Shown one piece after another: positions 8,061 through 17,336 of a DNA stretch of 64,000 nt. The notes beneath the pieces were generated by a model that worked only from the letters and a program-made list of their open reading frames with translations, was not told where the DNA came from and searched no databases. How positions within the stretch are numbered: the first letter of the stretch is position 1; each line of letters begins with the position of its first letter. The stretch lies in NCBI GenBank assembly GCA_963675295.2, contig CAXXKJ010000002.1, forward strand, positions 1,856,001 through 1,920,000, in the 5' to 3' direction. The stretch is from a bacterium (GTDB lineage: Bacteria > Electryoneota > Electryoneia > Electryoneales > Electryoneaceae). The position numbers were made by a program, and so were the translations under genes.

Positions 8061-10391
8061 TTACTTCATGAAGACAATCTTCCGAGCCTGCGTTGAGCGT
8101 TCGTCGGAGATCAATGTCACGAAGTACACGCCACTGGCGAGATCCTCACCGTTGAAGCTGACACGGTGCTGCCCGGGCGACCGGACAGCGTCCAGCAATG
8201 TCGCGACACGCCGTCCGAGGATGTCGGTGACGGCAATCGTTGCATGTCCGCGCTGATCCAGCTGGAAGGGGATCATCACGGAGGCGTTAAACGGGTTCGG
8301 GTACGGTTCGCCGAGGCTGAAGGTCAGCGGTTGAGCCGATCCATCCAGTTGTTCCGGAGTTTCCAGGTAGAACGTGGTCATTTCATCGATCATTTGTTGC
8401 AGCCCGTCGAGGTAGTACCCCATGGCGTAGGTCATGGCGAGGTCTGCGCTTTCTCCCGGTTCAAGAACGAACGGGCCGCAGGAGAGCATCATTACATAAC
8501 AGTACGATGAATCGGGCGGTGCTTTGAACGCGCCCCCAGATGCTGGGTACGTTCCGCTTACGTAGGCGAATTTGTCCGCATCAATGTCTGGCGCTTCGTC
8601 AAAGGGCCACCATTGGAACGCTGCTGTTTCCGCTGGCCCGTCGAGGATCTTGATTCCGCCCACTCCCGGGACCCACCCGAATTCGAAGGTGTCGTCATAG
8701 GCGGTTTCTGAATCGTCACCATCCCACATGAACGCCAGCTGACGATCTGAATCGTACTCGCACAGATCATCGAGGCTGCCTTGGCGAACCAGTCCGTAGG
8801 ATCCAGCCATATTCATGTTGAACACCCAGGCGACGTACACGCTGTCGAGGGTATTGTCGGAGAAGTTGGTCAGAGTCTGTTCGACGAGGTGCGCCCCGGT
8901 CGGTCCATCACCTGCGGGATAAGCGGTCACCGTCTGTTCGATCTGGACTTCGAGCGGGCCATTTCCGCCCTGCACATCATCGTCAAAAGTACAGGAATAG
9001 GAATACTGTCCGTCGCCAAGCGTTGCGTACGTCACACCGGGACGTGAACCGCCGCCAACCGCAGTGGGGAGGAAATCATTGTCATAGCGTTCCGCTACCG
9101 AAACACGACGAATGGGGCCATCCTTGGCCGCAACCCAGACTCCACATTCCATGAAGTAAATCTTGTTGCTCCCGTTCGGAAATTCGCCGGAAACGTTTTC
9201 GGAATTCGGCTTGAAATACAGACCATGGTTGGAAACAGAGTTCACCAGAACCGGATCCGGCAGGGGTTGTTCTTCATTCGAGGGTGATGAACACACCAAC
9301 TGCAGGAGCTCGTTTCGACGGACGATGTCGAGCAAGCCGTCCCCATTCATATCCGCGATTTCGTGACTCGCGGTGTCTGTCAGCCTGCTGAATCCTTCCA
9401 TCGTGAAGTCAGCAGCGCCGTCGTTGATCAGCATGATCGGCGGAATTGTCGCCTGTACGACGTCGATATCACCATCAAGATCGATATCCACAAGCTTCGG
9501 ATGCTTTGAATTGATCCAGTTTTCGTCATTCCAGACGGGCTCAAACGTGAATTCCCCCGTCGCCTCGAACCATCCGAGACCTTCGGGCAGGTACCATGCC
9601 CCCAGAACGATATCGAGATCGCCATCCTGATCGAGATCGGCTGCCTCGACATTGGACGCCGATGTGCTGTACATCAGGTTGATCTGCAGGGTGTAAGCGG
9701 TGAAAGTATCGTCGCCATTATTGGCGAACACGCTGAACTTGTATTCTGACGGGTCGAAGTCATGGTGATTCACGATCAGGTCATTGTGGCCATCGTCATT
9801 GAGGTCGTAGACATTGACACAGAAGAATTGATCGTCCGACAGCAGGATGTGGTCGGTAAATGACACGTCACCATTGTTCTCCAGCCAGTGGATGGACCCT
9901 CGTGTCCCCTCGCTGACAAGACCCTCGTTGGAGACGATGATATCCAGATCCGAATCGAAGTCCCAGTCGACAATCACACAGGTTGTTCGCACGAGATAGT
10001 CATCGTCAAACAGGAAGATTTCCTCGAATTGCAGGTTACCTGTGTTGTGGAAGAGCGATACACGTTCACCCAGCTCAATGACCAGGTCGATCAGTCCGTC
10101 CTGGTCGACGTCTGCCGCGGTAAGCGCCAGAATGTCCAGGCTTGCAGGCAGCAGGGATTCACGACTGAAAGCGCCCGTGCCATCATTTCGCCACAGGTAC
10201 ACATCCTGATCTAGCGAAGAAGCATACACGCCGATGATATCGTTGTCACCATCGCCGTCGATATCGATGATCTGCATATCCTTGAAACCGGCATCCGCGT
10301 CGATGACAGTTTCCCACCAGTAGTCCTGAGCGATGGTGGATGTGGCAAGTACAAGAATCAGCAGGGGCAGGAATACGAAATAGCGGTTCAT
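8061..10391 (-). CDS. Secreted FG-GAP/VCBS repeat protein with uncharacterised middle domain and T9SS-like CTD
   Basis: Signal peptide; about seven DxDxDGDxD repeats; SGEFPNGS...GVWVA domain; PYPNPFN...SGVYFV...KIVFMK. Confidence 0.85.
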   Translation of the reverse strand: MNRYFVFLPLLILVLATSTIAQDYWWETVIDADAGFKDMQIIDIDGDGDNDIIGVYASSLDQDVYLWRNDGTGAFSRESLLPASLDILALTAADVDQDGLIDLVIELGERVSLFHNTGNLQFEEIFLFDDDYLVRTTCVIVDWDFDSDLDIIVSNEGLVSEGTRGSIHWLENNGDVSFTDHILLSDDQFFCVNVYDLNDDGHNDLIVNHHDFDPSEYKFSVFANNGDDTFTAYTLQINLMYSTSASNVEAADLDQDGDLDIVLGAWYLPEGLGWFEATGEFTFEPVWNDENWINSKHPKLVDIDLDGDIDVVQATIPPIMLINDGAADFTMEGFSRLTDTASHEIADMNGDGLLDIVRRNELLQLVCSSPSNEEQPLPDPVLVNSVSNHGLYFKPNSENVSGEFPNGSNKIYFMECGVWVAAKDGPIRRVSVAERYDNDFLPTAVGGGSRPGVTYATLGDGQYSYSCTFDDDVQGGNGPLEVQIEQTVTAYPAGDGPTGAHLVEQTLTNFSDNTLDSVYVAWVFNMNMAGSYGLVRQGSLDDLCEYDSDRQLAFMWDGDDSETAYDDTFEFGWVPGVGGIKILDGPAETAAFQWWPFDEAPDIDADKFAYVSGTYPASGGAFKAPPDSSYCYVMMLSCGPFVLEPGESADLAMTYAMGYYLDGLQQMIDEMTTFYLETPEQLDGSAQPLTFSLGEPYPNPFNASVMIPFQLDQRGHATIAVTDILGRRVATLLDAVRSPGQHRVSFNGEDLASGVYFVTLISDERSTQARKIVFMK

Positions 10392-10624
10392 AATTCGACT
10401 CCATCGTCTGTGACAACCACAGTTCCCGTTGGGGAGATGACAGATTAGCTGAAAGAAAGTACGTACTAATTCCCAAACTTCAATGGTTAGCTGCGGTTTT
10501 CTTTCAAAAAAGTATACAATACAGGAACGACCGGATTCACGTGAACTTGAACCCGGCCGTTATGCTATGCAGGATTCCCTGGGGTGAGCTCCCAGGAATC
10601 CGGTGATCCTCCAGTCGGGTCTTC

Positions 10625-12955
10625 TCACTTCATGAACACAACCTTACGAGCTTGAGTGGCACGTTCACCCGAGGTCAGCGTCACGAAGTACACGCCGCTG
10701 GCGAGATCCTCACCGTTGAAGCTGACACGGTACTGACCGGGCGACCGGACACCGTTCAGCAGTGTCGCGACACTCCGTCCGAGGATGTCGGTGACGGTGA
10801 TCGTTGCATGCCCGTGTTGATCCAGCTGGAACGGGATCATCACCGATGCGTTGAACGGATTCGGGTACGGTTCGCCGAGGCTGAAGGTCAGTGGTTGCGT
10901 GGTCACCGGCCGGGCTTCCGGCGCGCTGAGCCAGAAATTCTCCATCTCGGTGATAGTGTCGACGAGATCGTTCCAGCCATAGCCGACAGCGTAGGTCATT
11001 GTAAGGTCAACTCTTTCGCCGGGCATCAGGGTGAACGGGCCGGTGGTGATCAAGACACGGTAATCCCAGACGGTGTCCGGTTCCGCCTTGAACGCTCCAT
11101 CTGACCCGGGGTGAATTCCCGCCATGTACTGGAATTTCTCGAGGTCGGTAGCGGGGTCGCCGTCCCAATCCCACCACTGGAACGCGGCGGTTTCGGTCGG
11201 ACCGTCAAGCAGCTTGAGGCCGGCGTAGCCAGGAATCCAGCCGAACTCACCGGTGTCTTCCCACGGGCTCTGTGGATAATCAGAATCCCACATGTAAGCG
11301 ATTTGCGTGTCGGGATCGTAGGAACACATGTCATCAATGTGCGGCTGAGTCGGATCACCGTTCGGTCCCATCGCGATATCCATGTCGAACTTCCAGCCGG
11401 CGAACACGGAATCGAGCTGTGTACCGGACGTGTTGGTCAGAGTCTGTTGCACGAGATGTGCGCCGACCGGCCCTTGCCACGAACGTGGTGCGATCACGGA
11501 TTGATCGACCTGCAACCCCAACGGCGTGTGTCCGCCGACCGGTTCGAAATCGTCATAGCTGCACTCATACTGCCAGACACCATCGCCGAGGGTCACGTGC
11601 TCATGGTCAGGACGGCCTCCGCCGCCACTCTCACTCGGCTGGAATTCGTAGTTGCCGTAATCGGAATGGGAGACGTGGTGCTCGTCGCCAGTTTTCGCAC
11701 CAACCCAGAAATCACAGCCCCAGAAGTAGTAGATGCCGCTCCCTTTCGGAAACTCACCAGAGGGTAGAAGTTCGTTCGGTTCAGAATAACCGCCGAAGTT
11801 GGACACACTGTTGGCCAGCGCGAATTCCGTAATCGGTTGTTCAACAAAGGACCGTTTCGACCACACCAGCTCGTCGCAACGGGTCCCGTGCACGATATCG
11901 AGCGAACCGTCGCCGTCGAGATCCGCGACATCCGAGCAGAGGTTCGCAGAGAAGGTGCTGATGACCTCGGCGGTGAGATTACCCGAACCGTCGTTGATGT
12001 ACGCGGCGGTTGGCGCGCCTTGAAGGATCAGGTCGGGGTCGCCGTCCTCGTCGATGTCGGCGACACACGCCACGCTTTCAGAGATCCCCAATTCCGTGTA
12101 CTCTTGCGGGGTATAAGAGAATCCACCCTCTGCACGATACCACAGAGTGTAGTTGTAAGGGGTGGCGTAGAAATACGAGGGGACAAGATCCAGATCACCG
12201 TCCAGATCCATGTCCACACAATCGATCTGCACCCGATTGCTGCCGACTGCAAGAACATCGTGCGCGGTGAATGTGAAATCACCGTTATTCTCATAGGGAA
12301 CCAGATACAGGAAAGGATCGTCAAGTGATTGCTCAGCTGTGACCAGGTCTTTGTTTCCGTCGCCATCGAGATCCGCCACCGCAACACGCTCGAATGTTGC
12401 ATTGTCAAGCAGCTCATGAACAGCGAATTGACCACCGCCCGTAGCTTCGAGCCAGTACACCTCGCCACTACCAAGCGGAATCCCACCCCAGTCCGTAACC
12501 AGCAGATCGAGATCGGTGTCGTTGTCAAAGTCGGTGACGGTGAACGTGACCCGATATTCCAGTTCCGAAATCAGAGTGTGCGATTCAAACGTCAAGCCGC
12601 CGGTGTTCTCCAGCCAGAGGACGGAATCGTCCGCACGCACCGCAAGCAGATCCTGATCGCCATCCTGATCGAAGTCGATCACTTGCACATCGGTCAGGTT
12701 GTCCGGTAGGTTGCCCGGTGCATGCCGGACAAACACGGCGCTTCCGTCATTCTCCCACCACGTAACCCCGGCACCGAAAGAGGTCGAGTACGCGACAATA
12801 TCCGGGTCACCGTCCATGTCGAAATCGACGGCCTGCAGACCGTCAAGATCGGCAAATGTAGCGGAGATCTCAGTTTCCCACCAGTAATCCTGAGCGAAGC
12901 TGGATGCGGTAACAATGAGGAACAGAGCACAGAGAATGGTCAGCGAGCGAATCAT
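10625..12955 (-). CDS. Secreted FG-GAP/VCBS repeat protein, tandem paralog of 8061-10391
   Basis: Same AQDYWWET mature start and the same architecture. Start 12955 or 12961, after a GGGGG SD. Confidence 0.85.
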   Translation of the reverse strand: MIRSLTILCALFLIVTASSFAQDYWWETEISATFADLDGLQAVDFDMDGDPDIVAYSTSFGAGVTWWENDGSAVFVRHAPGNLPDNLTDVQVIDFDQDGDQDLLAVRADDSVLWLENTGGLTFESHTLISELEYRVTFTVTDFDNDTDLDLLVTDWGGIPLGSGEVYWLEATGGGQFAVHELLDNATFERVAVADLDGDGNKDLVTAEQSLDDPFLYLVPYENNGDFTFTAHDVLAVGSNRVQIDCVDMDLDGDLDLVPSYFYATPYNYTLWYRAEGGFSYTPQEYTELGISESVACVADIDEDGDPDLILQGAPTAAYINDGSGNLTAEVISTFSANLCSDVADLDGDGSLDIVHGTRCDELVWSKRSFVEQPITEFALANSVSNFGGYSEPNELLPSGEFPKGSGIYYFWGCDFWVGAKTGDEHHVSHSDYGNYEFQPSESGGGGRPDHEHVTLGDGVWQYECSYDDFEPVGGHTPLGLQVDQSVIAPRSWQGPVGAHLVQQTLTNTSGTQLDSVFAGWKFDMDIAMGPNGDPTQPHIDDMCSYDPDTQIAYMWDSDYPQSPWEDTGEFGWIPGYAGLKLLDGPTETAAFQWWDWDGDPATDLEKFQYMAGIHPGSDGAFKAEPDTVWDYRVLITTGPFTLMPGERVDLTMTYAVGYGWNDLVDTITEMENFWLSAPEARPVTTQPLTFSLGEPYPNPFNASVMIPFQLDQHGHATITVTDILGRSVATLLNGVRSPGQYRVSFNGEDLASGVYFVTLTSGERATQARKVVFMK

Positions 12956-13078
12956 TGTCATACCCCCACGGTTGACAAATCCAAGAAGCACTACCCGTCA
13001 ATTGAAAAAACAAGGTAAGGCAATTTGATTCATAAATCACGAGTTTGGCGAGGGTAACTGCATTTTTTGTCGACAGTT

Positions 13079-13113
13079 AAAAGCCCGCATTTGCAGAATC
13101 GCAAACACGGGCT
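13079..13113 (-). terminator. Probable terminator of the AGCS gene
   Basis: Imperfect AGCCCG..TTTGC/GCAAA..CGGGCT stem with an A run on the left. Confidence 0.5.
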
Positions 13114-13124
13114 CAAGATCTTTC

Positions 13125-13147
13125 ACTCAGGACTCAGGACTCAGGAC
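13125..13147. repeat. Heptamer tandem repeat (ACTCAGG)x3
   Basis: actcaggactcaggactcaggac, directly after the AGCS stop codon. Confidence 0.7.
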
Positions 13148-13154
13148 GATCCTC

Positions 13155-14861
13155 TCATGCCTTAAACCACTTCGCGCGGCTGACTTCAACGTGATCCCGG
13201 CTGAAATATTCCTTCGTCAACGCGACAATCTTCGGCGCGAGCAGCACCAGCGCGATCAGGTTCGGCGTCGCCATGATCGATAATGCGATGTCACCGAAGC
13301 CCCAAACCACCGCCAGCGCGAGGTTGGATCCTATGAACACCACACCGACATACACCCAGCGGTAGATGCGCACCCCTTTGCGGCCAAACAGATACACCAC
13401 CGCGCGATCGCCGTAGTACGACCACGAAATCGCCGTCGAAATCGCGAACAGCAGCACGCCGAAGGTGACAATCCAGCTGCCAAGGTGGCCGAACGGTTCC
13501 CCAAGATGCCGGGTGAACGCCGACTGGAACGCGAACGAGGTCAGCACCGATCCGTTCTGCAGCACCTCACAGTCGAAATGCGCGTTTTCCAGCAGATTTT
13601 GGCCATCTGCGCCAACGATACTGACGATGGTGCCGTCCTCGATACGCAATTGGGCGTCGTGGATCGGGATTACTTCGTCGTCCGGGCCGAGCTGGATCAG
13701 GTGTGGCTTCTGCACGAATCCATTGTTGTAAACGAGGTCGATTTCCTGTTCGATTCGTCCATCGCGGACATCCAGCGTCCCGGTGTAGAGGTCGTTATCC
13801 TTGACCGATCCGCCGGGCAGCAATTCGATGCCGGCGAAGGTTACTTCCGGTGCAGACGCCGGAACACGATCCTCAAACTGCTGGTTCCACGCGCCGGAGG
13901 TTAGAATGGTCAGGCCGGTGAGGGTGCAGATGACGAGCGTGTCGATGAACGGACCGACCATCGCGACGGTCCCCTCGCGCACCGGTTCCTCGGTTTTCGC
14001 AGCGGCGTGGGCGATTGGGGCTGAGCCCTGGCCGGACTCGTTGGAGTAGATCCCGCGCCGCACACCCCAGAGAATCGCGAGGAAAAAGGTCGATCCGGCG
14101 AACCCGCCAACCGCACCGGCCGGGGTGAATGCTGAGTTGAAGATCAATGCGAAGGTGGCCGGCACCTCGGCGATGTTCATCCCAACGACAAACAGGCAGC
14201 CAAGGATGTACAACGCGGCCATGAATGGCACCAAACGGCTGGCGACGATCCCGATTCGCCGGATGCCGCCGAGAATCACCAGCGCGACGACGGTCGCGAT
14301 CACCATGCCCGTCACCCAAGGCGGGATGCCGAAGTCGGCGTACATCGAGTCGGCGACGGTGAACGCCTGGATCGCGTTGCCAGTGCCGAAGCTGGAGATG
14401 ATCGTCGCGCCCGCGAAGATCACCGCGAGCGGTTTCCAGTTTTTACCGAGCCCCTTTTCGATGTAATACATCGGACCGCCGGAGACGCTGCCGTCCTTGT
14501 GTTCCTTGCGGTAGACCATTGCGAGGGTGGCTTCCGAGAACTTGGTCGCCATGCCGAGGAAGGCGGTGACCCACATCCAGAACAACGCGCCCGGCCCGCC
14601 GAAGTGGATCGCGGTCGCAACACCGGCGATGTTGCCGATGCCGATGGTTGCGCTGAGTGCGGCCGAAAGCGCCTGCAGGTGGTTGACATCGCCCGTGTCA
14701 TCGGGCTTGTCGTACACGCCGGAGATCACCTTCCACGCGTGCCCGAAACGCATCATCTGGACGAGTTTCAAGCGCCACGTGAGGTAAATCCCGGTTCCGA
14801 TCAGCGGGAGAATCAGCCAGGTGGCAAAGCCACCCGCGACGGTGTCGATCCATTCCTGCAT
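13155..14861 (-). CDS. Alanine/glycine:cation symporter (AGCS family)
   Basis: ALSATIGIGNIAGVATAI, GGPGALFWMW, GGPMYYI, RRGIYSNESGQGS, DTLVICTLT and SWSYYG motifs. Confidence 0.95.
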   Translation of the reverse strand: MQEWIDTVAGGFATWLILPLIGTGIYLTWRLKLVQMMRFGHAWKVISGVYDKPDDTGDVNHLQALSAALSATIGIGNIAGVATAIHFGGPGALFWMWVTAFLGMATKFSEATLAMVYRKEHKDGSVSGGPMYYIEKGLGKNWKPLAVIFAGATIISSFGTGNAIQAFTVADSMYADFGIPPWVTGMVIATVVALVILGGIRRIGIVASRLVPFMAALYILGCLFVVGMNIAEVPATFALIFNSAFTPAGAVGGFAGSTFFLAILWGVRRGIYSNESGQGSAPIAHAAAKTEEPVREGTVAMVGPFIDTLVICTLTGLTILTSGAWNQQFEDRVPASAPEVTFAGIELLPGGSVKDNDLYTGTLDVRDGRIEQEIDLVYNNGFVQKPHLIQLGPDDEVIPIHDAQLRIEDGTIVSIVGADGQNLLENAHFDCEVLQNGSVLTSFAFQSAFTRHLGEPFGHLGSWIVTFGVLLFAISTAISWSYYGDRAVVYLFGRKGVRIYRWVYVGVVFIGSNLALAVVWGFGDIALSIMATPNLIALVLLAPKIVALTKEYFSRDHVEVSRAKWFKA

Positions 14862-14906
14862 GTCAAAGGGCTCCGTAAGGATACGGTCACTGAGTCACAA
14901 CGAAAA

Positions 14907-14935
14907 CGGGGACACTTACGGAGTAAGTTTCCCCG
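14907..14935 (-). terminator. Hairpin terminator after the NSS transporter gene
   Basis: CGGGGACACTTAC-GGA-GTAAGTTTCCCCG with an A run on the left; close copy of the 8007 hairpin. Confidence 0.65.
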
Positions 14936-14940
14936 GTCAG

Positions 14941-16290
14941 TTACACAAAATTGAACACGAGAATCAACCCCACCGCGATCGGGGCGATGATGCGCACAGT
15001 CCACAGCCATACCTTGTAGAGCGTCTCCTGTCCGGATCCCGCGAGCATCTCCTTCTTGACACCGTTGCCCCACGCCCAGCCGGCGAAGATGGCGATGAGA
15101 ATTCCGCCCAGCGGCAGCATGATGTTGGCGGTGAGGTAGTCGACCAGGTCGAAGAAGCCGAGGCCGAAGACAGTCACGTCTGCCCACGCACCGAAGCTTA
15201 ACGCGCTCGGCACACCGAGTACGAACGCTACCGCCGCCATGATGATCGTCGCGCGGGAACGGGTCCATCTGAGCTCGTCAGTCGCGAAGCTGACCATCAC
15301 TTCGAGCAGGCTGATCGCGGAGGTGATCGCCGCGATGGTGAGCAGGAGGAAGAACAGGGTACTGAGCACGTTCGACAACGGCAGCTGCGCGAACACCATC
15401 GGCAGTACCTGGTAGGTCAGGCCCGCGCCGTCCGCCGGGTCCATCCCCATCGCGAACACGGCGGGGAAGATGGCGATCCCGGCGAGCACCGCGATGCCGG
15501 CGTCCAGGCTGGCGACGGTTGCCGTGCTCGAGAAGATGTTCGTCTTGCGGTCGAGGTACGATCCGTACGTGATCATCACGCCCATACCGAGGCTGAGGCT
15601 GTAAAATGCCTGGCCCATCGCTTCGAGAATCACGTCCCCGTTCAACTTGCTGAAGTCCGGTGTGAACAGGAATTTCAGGCCGTCCATGGAGCCGGGCAGG
15701 GTGACCGACCGGCCAATGAGAAGCAGCAGCAGAATGAACAGAGTCGGCATCAGGATCTTTGAATACCGTTCGATCCCGCCCTTGACCCCCTGTGAGACAA
15801 CGAAGATCCCGAGAAACGTGAAGATGAACTGGAACGTTACGACGAGGCCGCCGTTGGTGACAAAGCCGCTGAAAGTGCCGGACGCGAATTCGCCGTTTGT
15901 CAGTTCGCTGATGCCGCCAGTTACGGATAGATAGAGGTAATAGAGCGTCCATCCGGCGACGACATTGTAATAGGAGAGGATCAGAAAGCCAGTGAGAATG
16001 CCGATTGCGCCGACCACCCACCATAGCGACCCGGGAAGCAAGGCCTTGAACGCACCAAACGGGTTCCGCTTGCTGCCACGACCGATCACCATCTCCCCGC
16101 CCATGATCGGCAGGCCGACCACGATCACGCAGATGATGTAGATGAGCAGAAACGCGAAGCCGCCGTTTTCGCCGAGAACGTACGGAAATCGCCAGATGTT
16201 GCCCAGGCCGATGGCTGACCCTGCGGCCGCGAGAATGAAGCCGAGTTTCGATCCCCAGTTTTCACGCGTCGCATTCTGATCCAGCTGCAT
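14941..16290 (-). CDS. Sodium-dependent transporter, NSS (SNF) family
   Basis: RENWGSKLGFILAAAGSAIGLGNIWRFPY, GQAFYSLSLGMG and TYGSY motifs. GGGGAG SD before ATG 16290. Confidence 0.95.
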   Translation of the reverse strand: MQLDQNATRENWGSKLGFILAAAGSAIGLGNIWRFPYVLGENGGFAFLLIYIICVIVVGLPIMGGEMVIGRGSKRNPFGAFKALLPGSLWWVVGAIGILTGFLILSYYNVVAGWTLYYLYLSVTGGISELTNGEFASGTFSGFVTNGGLVVTFQFIFTFLGIFVVSQGVKGGIERYSKILMPTLFILLLLLIGRSVTLPGSMDGLKFLFTPDFSKLNGDVILEAMGQAFYSLSLGMGVMITYGSYLDRKTNIFSSTATVASLDAGIAVLAGIAIFPAVFAMGMDPADGAGLTYQVLPMVFAQLPLSNVLSTLFFLLLTIAAITSAISLLEVMVSFATDELRWTRSRATIIMAAVAFVLGVPSALSFGAWADVTVFGLGFFDLVDYLTANIMLPLGGILIAIFAGWAWGNGVKKEMLAGSGQETLYKVWLWTVRIIAPIAVGLILVFNFV

Positions 16291-16689
16291 GCGCTGACTC
16301 CCCTTGCCAGAGATGGGTCCTGATTGGATGGTTGCGGGTACGATGGTGCGAAAGGTAGGTGTGACGCCTGTTTGGCGCAACCATAATCATCAGAATTTGG
16401 CAAGTGGCGAATCCTGCGGCGTGAATCGAGCGCAATGAGCAGGGTGGAGTTTGAGTAGTCGCTTATAAAGCTGTCAGGTTGGAATTCGTTTTTGGGGTTT
16501 TAGAGGAACATCTTGGAGTTTTTTTCTCTGAGAACTCAAGTCAATGAGCAACATTTTGCCTCGCCCCGGTCTCCGGTCTCCACTCGTTTCTCACGGTTGT
16601 CGCGTGAAACACAGGCGCGTCAATGCCTACAGGACTCAACAGAACATTTGTTCAACTTGAAAAAAGCCGCGACAATCTCGCGTCTCGCG

Positions 16690-16718
16690 TTGACAGGGCC
16701 ACTCCGGTTCCGTACCAT
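16690..16718 (+). promoter_or_regulatory. dcw (Pmra) sigma70 promoter
   Basis: TTGACA (16690-16695), 17-bp spacer, TACCAT (16713-16718). Confidence 0.75.
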
Positions 16719-16720
16719 TT

Positions 16721-16760
16721 GGAGCGAAGAGGAGCAAATTGGAGTAAATCGGAGCGAATC
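16721..16760 (+). promoter_or_regulatory. Four GGAG-led direct repeats at 10-bp period; probable MraZ operator
   Basis: GGAGCGAAGA GGAGCAAATT GGAGTAAATC GGAGCGAATC, immediately after the -10 element. Confidence 0.7.
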
Positions 16761-16841
16761 GAGTTTTGACGCCTGTTTCGAGCTCCTCCAAGATAGGGCG
16801 AAAATCGATCCGCAAACTCATGTGAGCAGCAGAGAGAACTC

Positions 16842-17336
16842 GTGAACTACTACGCCGGCACCCACACATGCGAACTGGATACCCTCGGGAGAGTCGTTGT
16901 CCCGAAGGCGTTTCGCAAGGTGCCGCCCGAAATCCTCGCTGGCGAACTGATGCTGAGCCCGGGGTTGGACGGCGGAGTGGTCGAGGTGTACCCGTTGCCG
17001 GAGTGGGAAGCGTATGTGGAGCGAATTACCGGGGCGGAGAACCTGACCGTTGGTGATCGTGACGAGTTGGTCGAGGTACTGTTCGCGGATGCCGACCGCA
17101 CGAAGATCGACAAGCAGAACCGGCTGGTGTTGAGTCATGCGTTGCGTACTGAGTTGGGCATTGATGGCGCGGATGAAAATGTCACCCTCGCCTTCGTCGG
17201 TGCCGGTACGCATTTCAAGGTCTACGTCGCGACGGACTATGAGCAGGAACGCGACGACCGTCGCGCCCGCCGCAACGAGTTGCTGAAGAAATACCGTTCC
17301 GGCCCCAATCGCGGTGGACACGGTGGAGAGGGCTGA
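16842..17336 (+). CDS. mraZ: Transcriptional regulator MraZ
   Basis: YAGTHTCELDTLGRVVVP...FR, VYPLPEW and IDKQNRLVL (two AbrB-like repeats). First gene before rsmH. Confidence 0.85.
   Translation: MNYYAGTHTCELDTLGRVVVPKAFRKVPPEILAGELMLSPGLDGGVVEVYPLPEWEAYVERITGAENLTVGDRDELVEVLFADADRTKIDKQNRLVLSHALRTELGIDGADENVTLAFVGAGTHFKVYVATDYEQERDDRRARRNELLKKYRSGPNRGGHGGEG

Noticed and set aside
8061-10900. Repeated CTD and MCP segments as a diversity-generating retroelement TR/VR pair
   Set aside because: There is no reverse transcriptase, both copies are coding, and mismatches are not adenine-specific.
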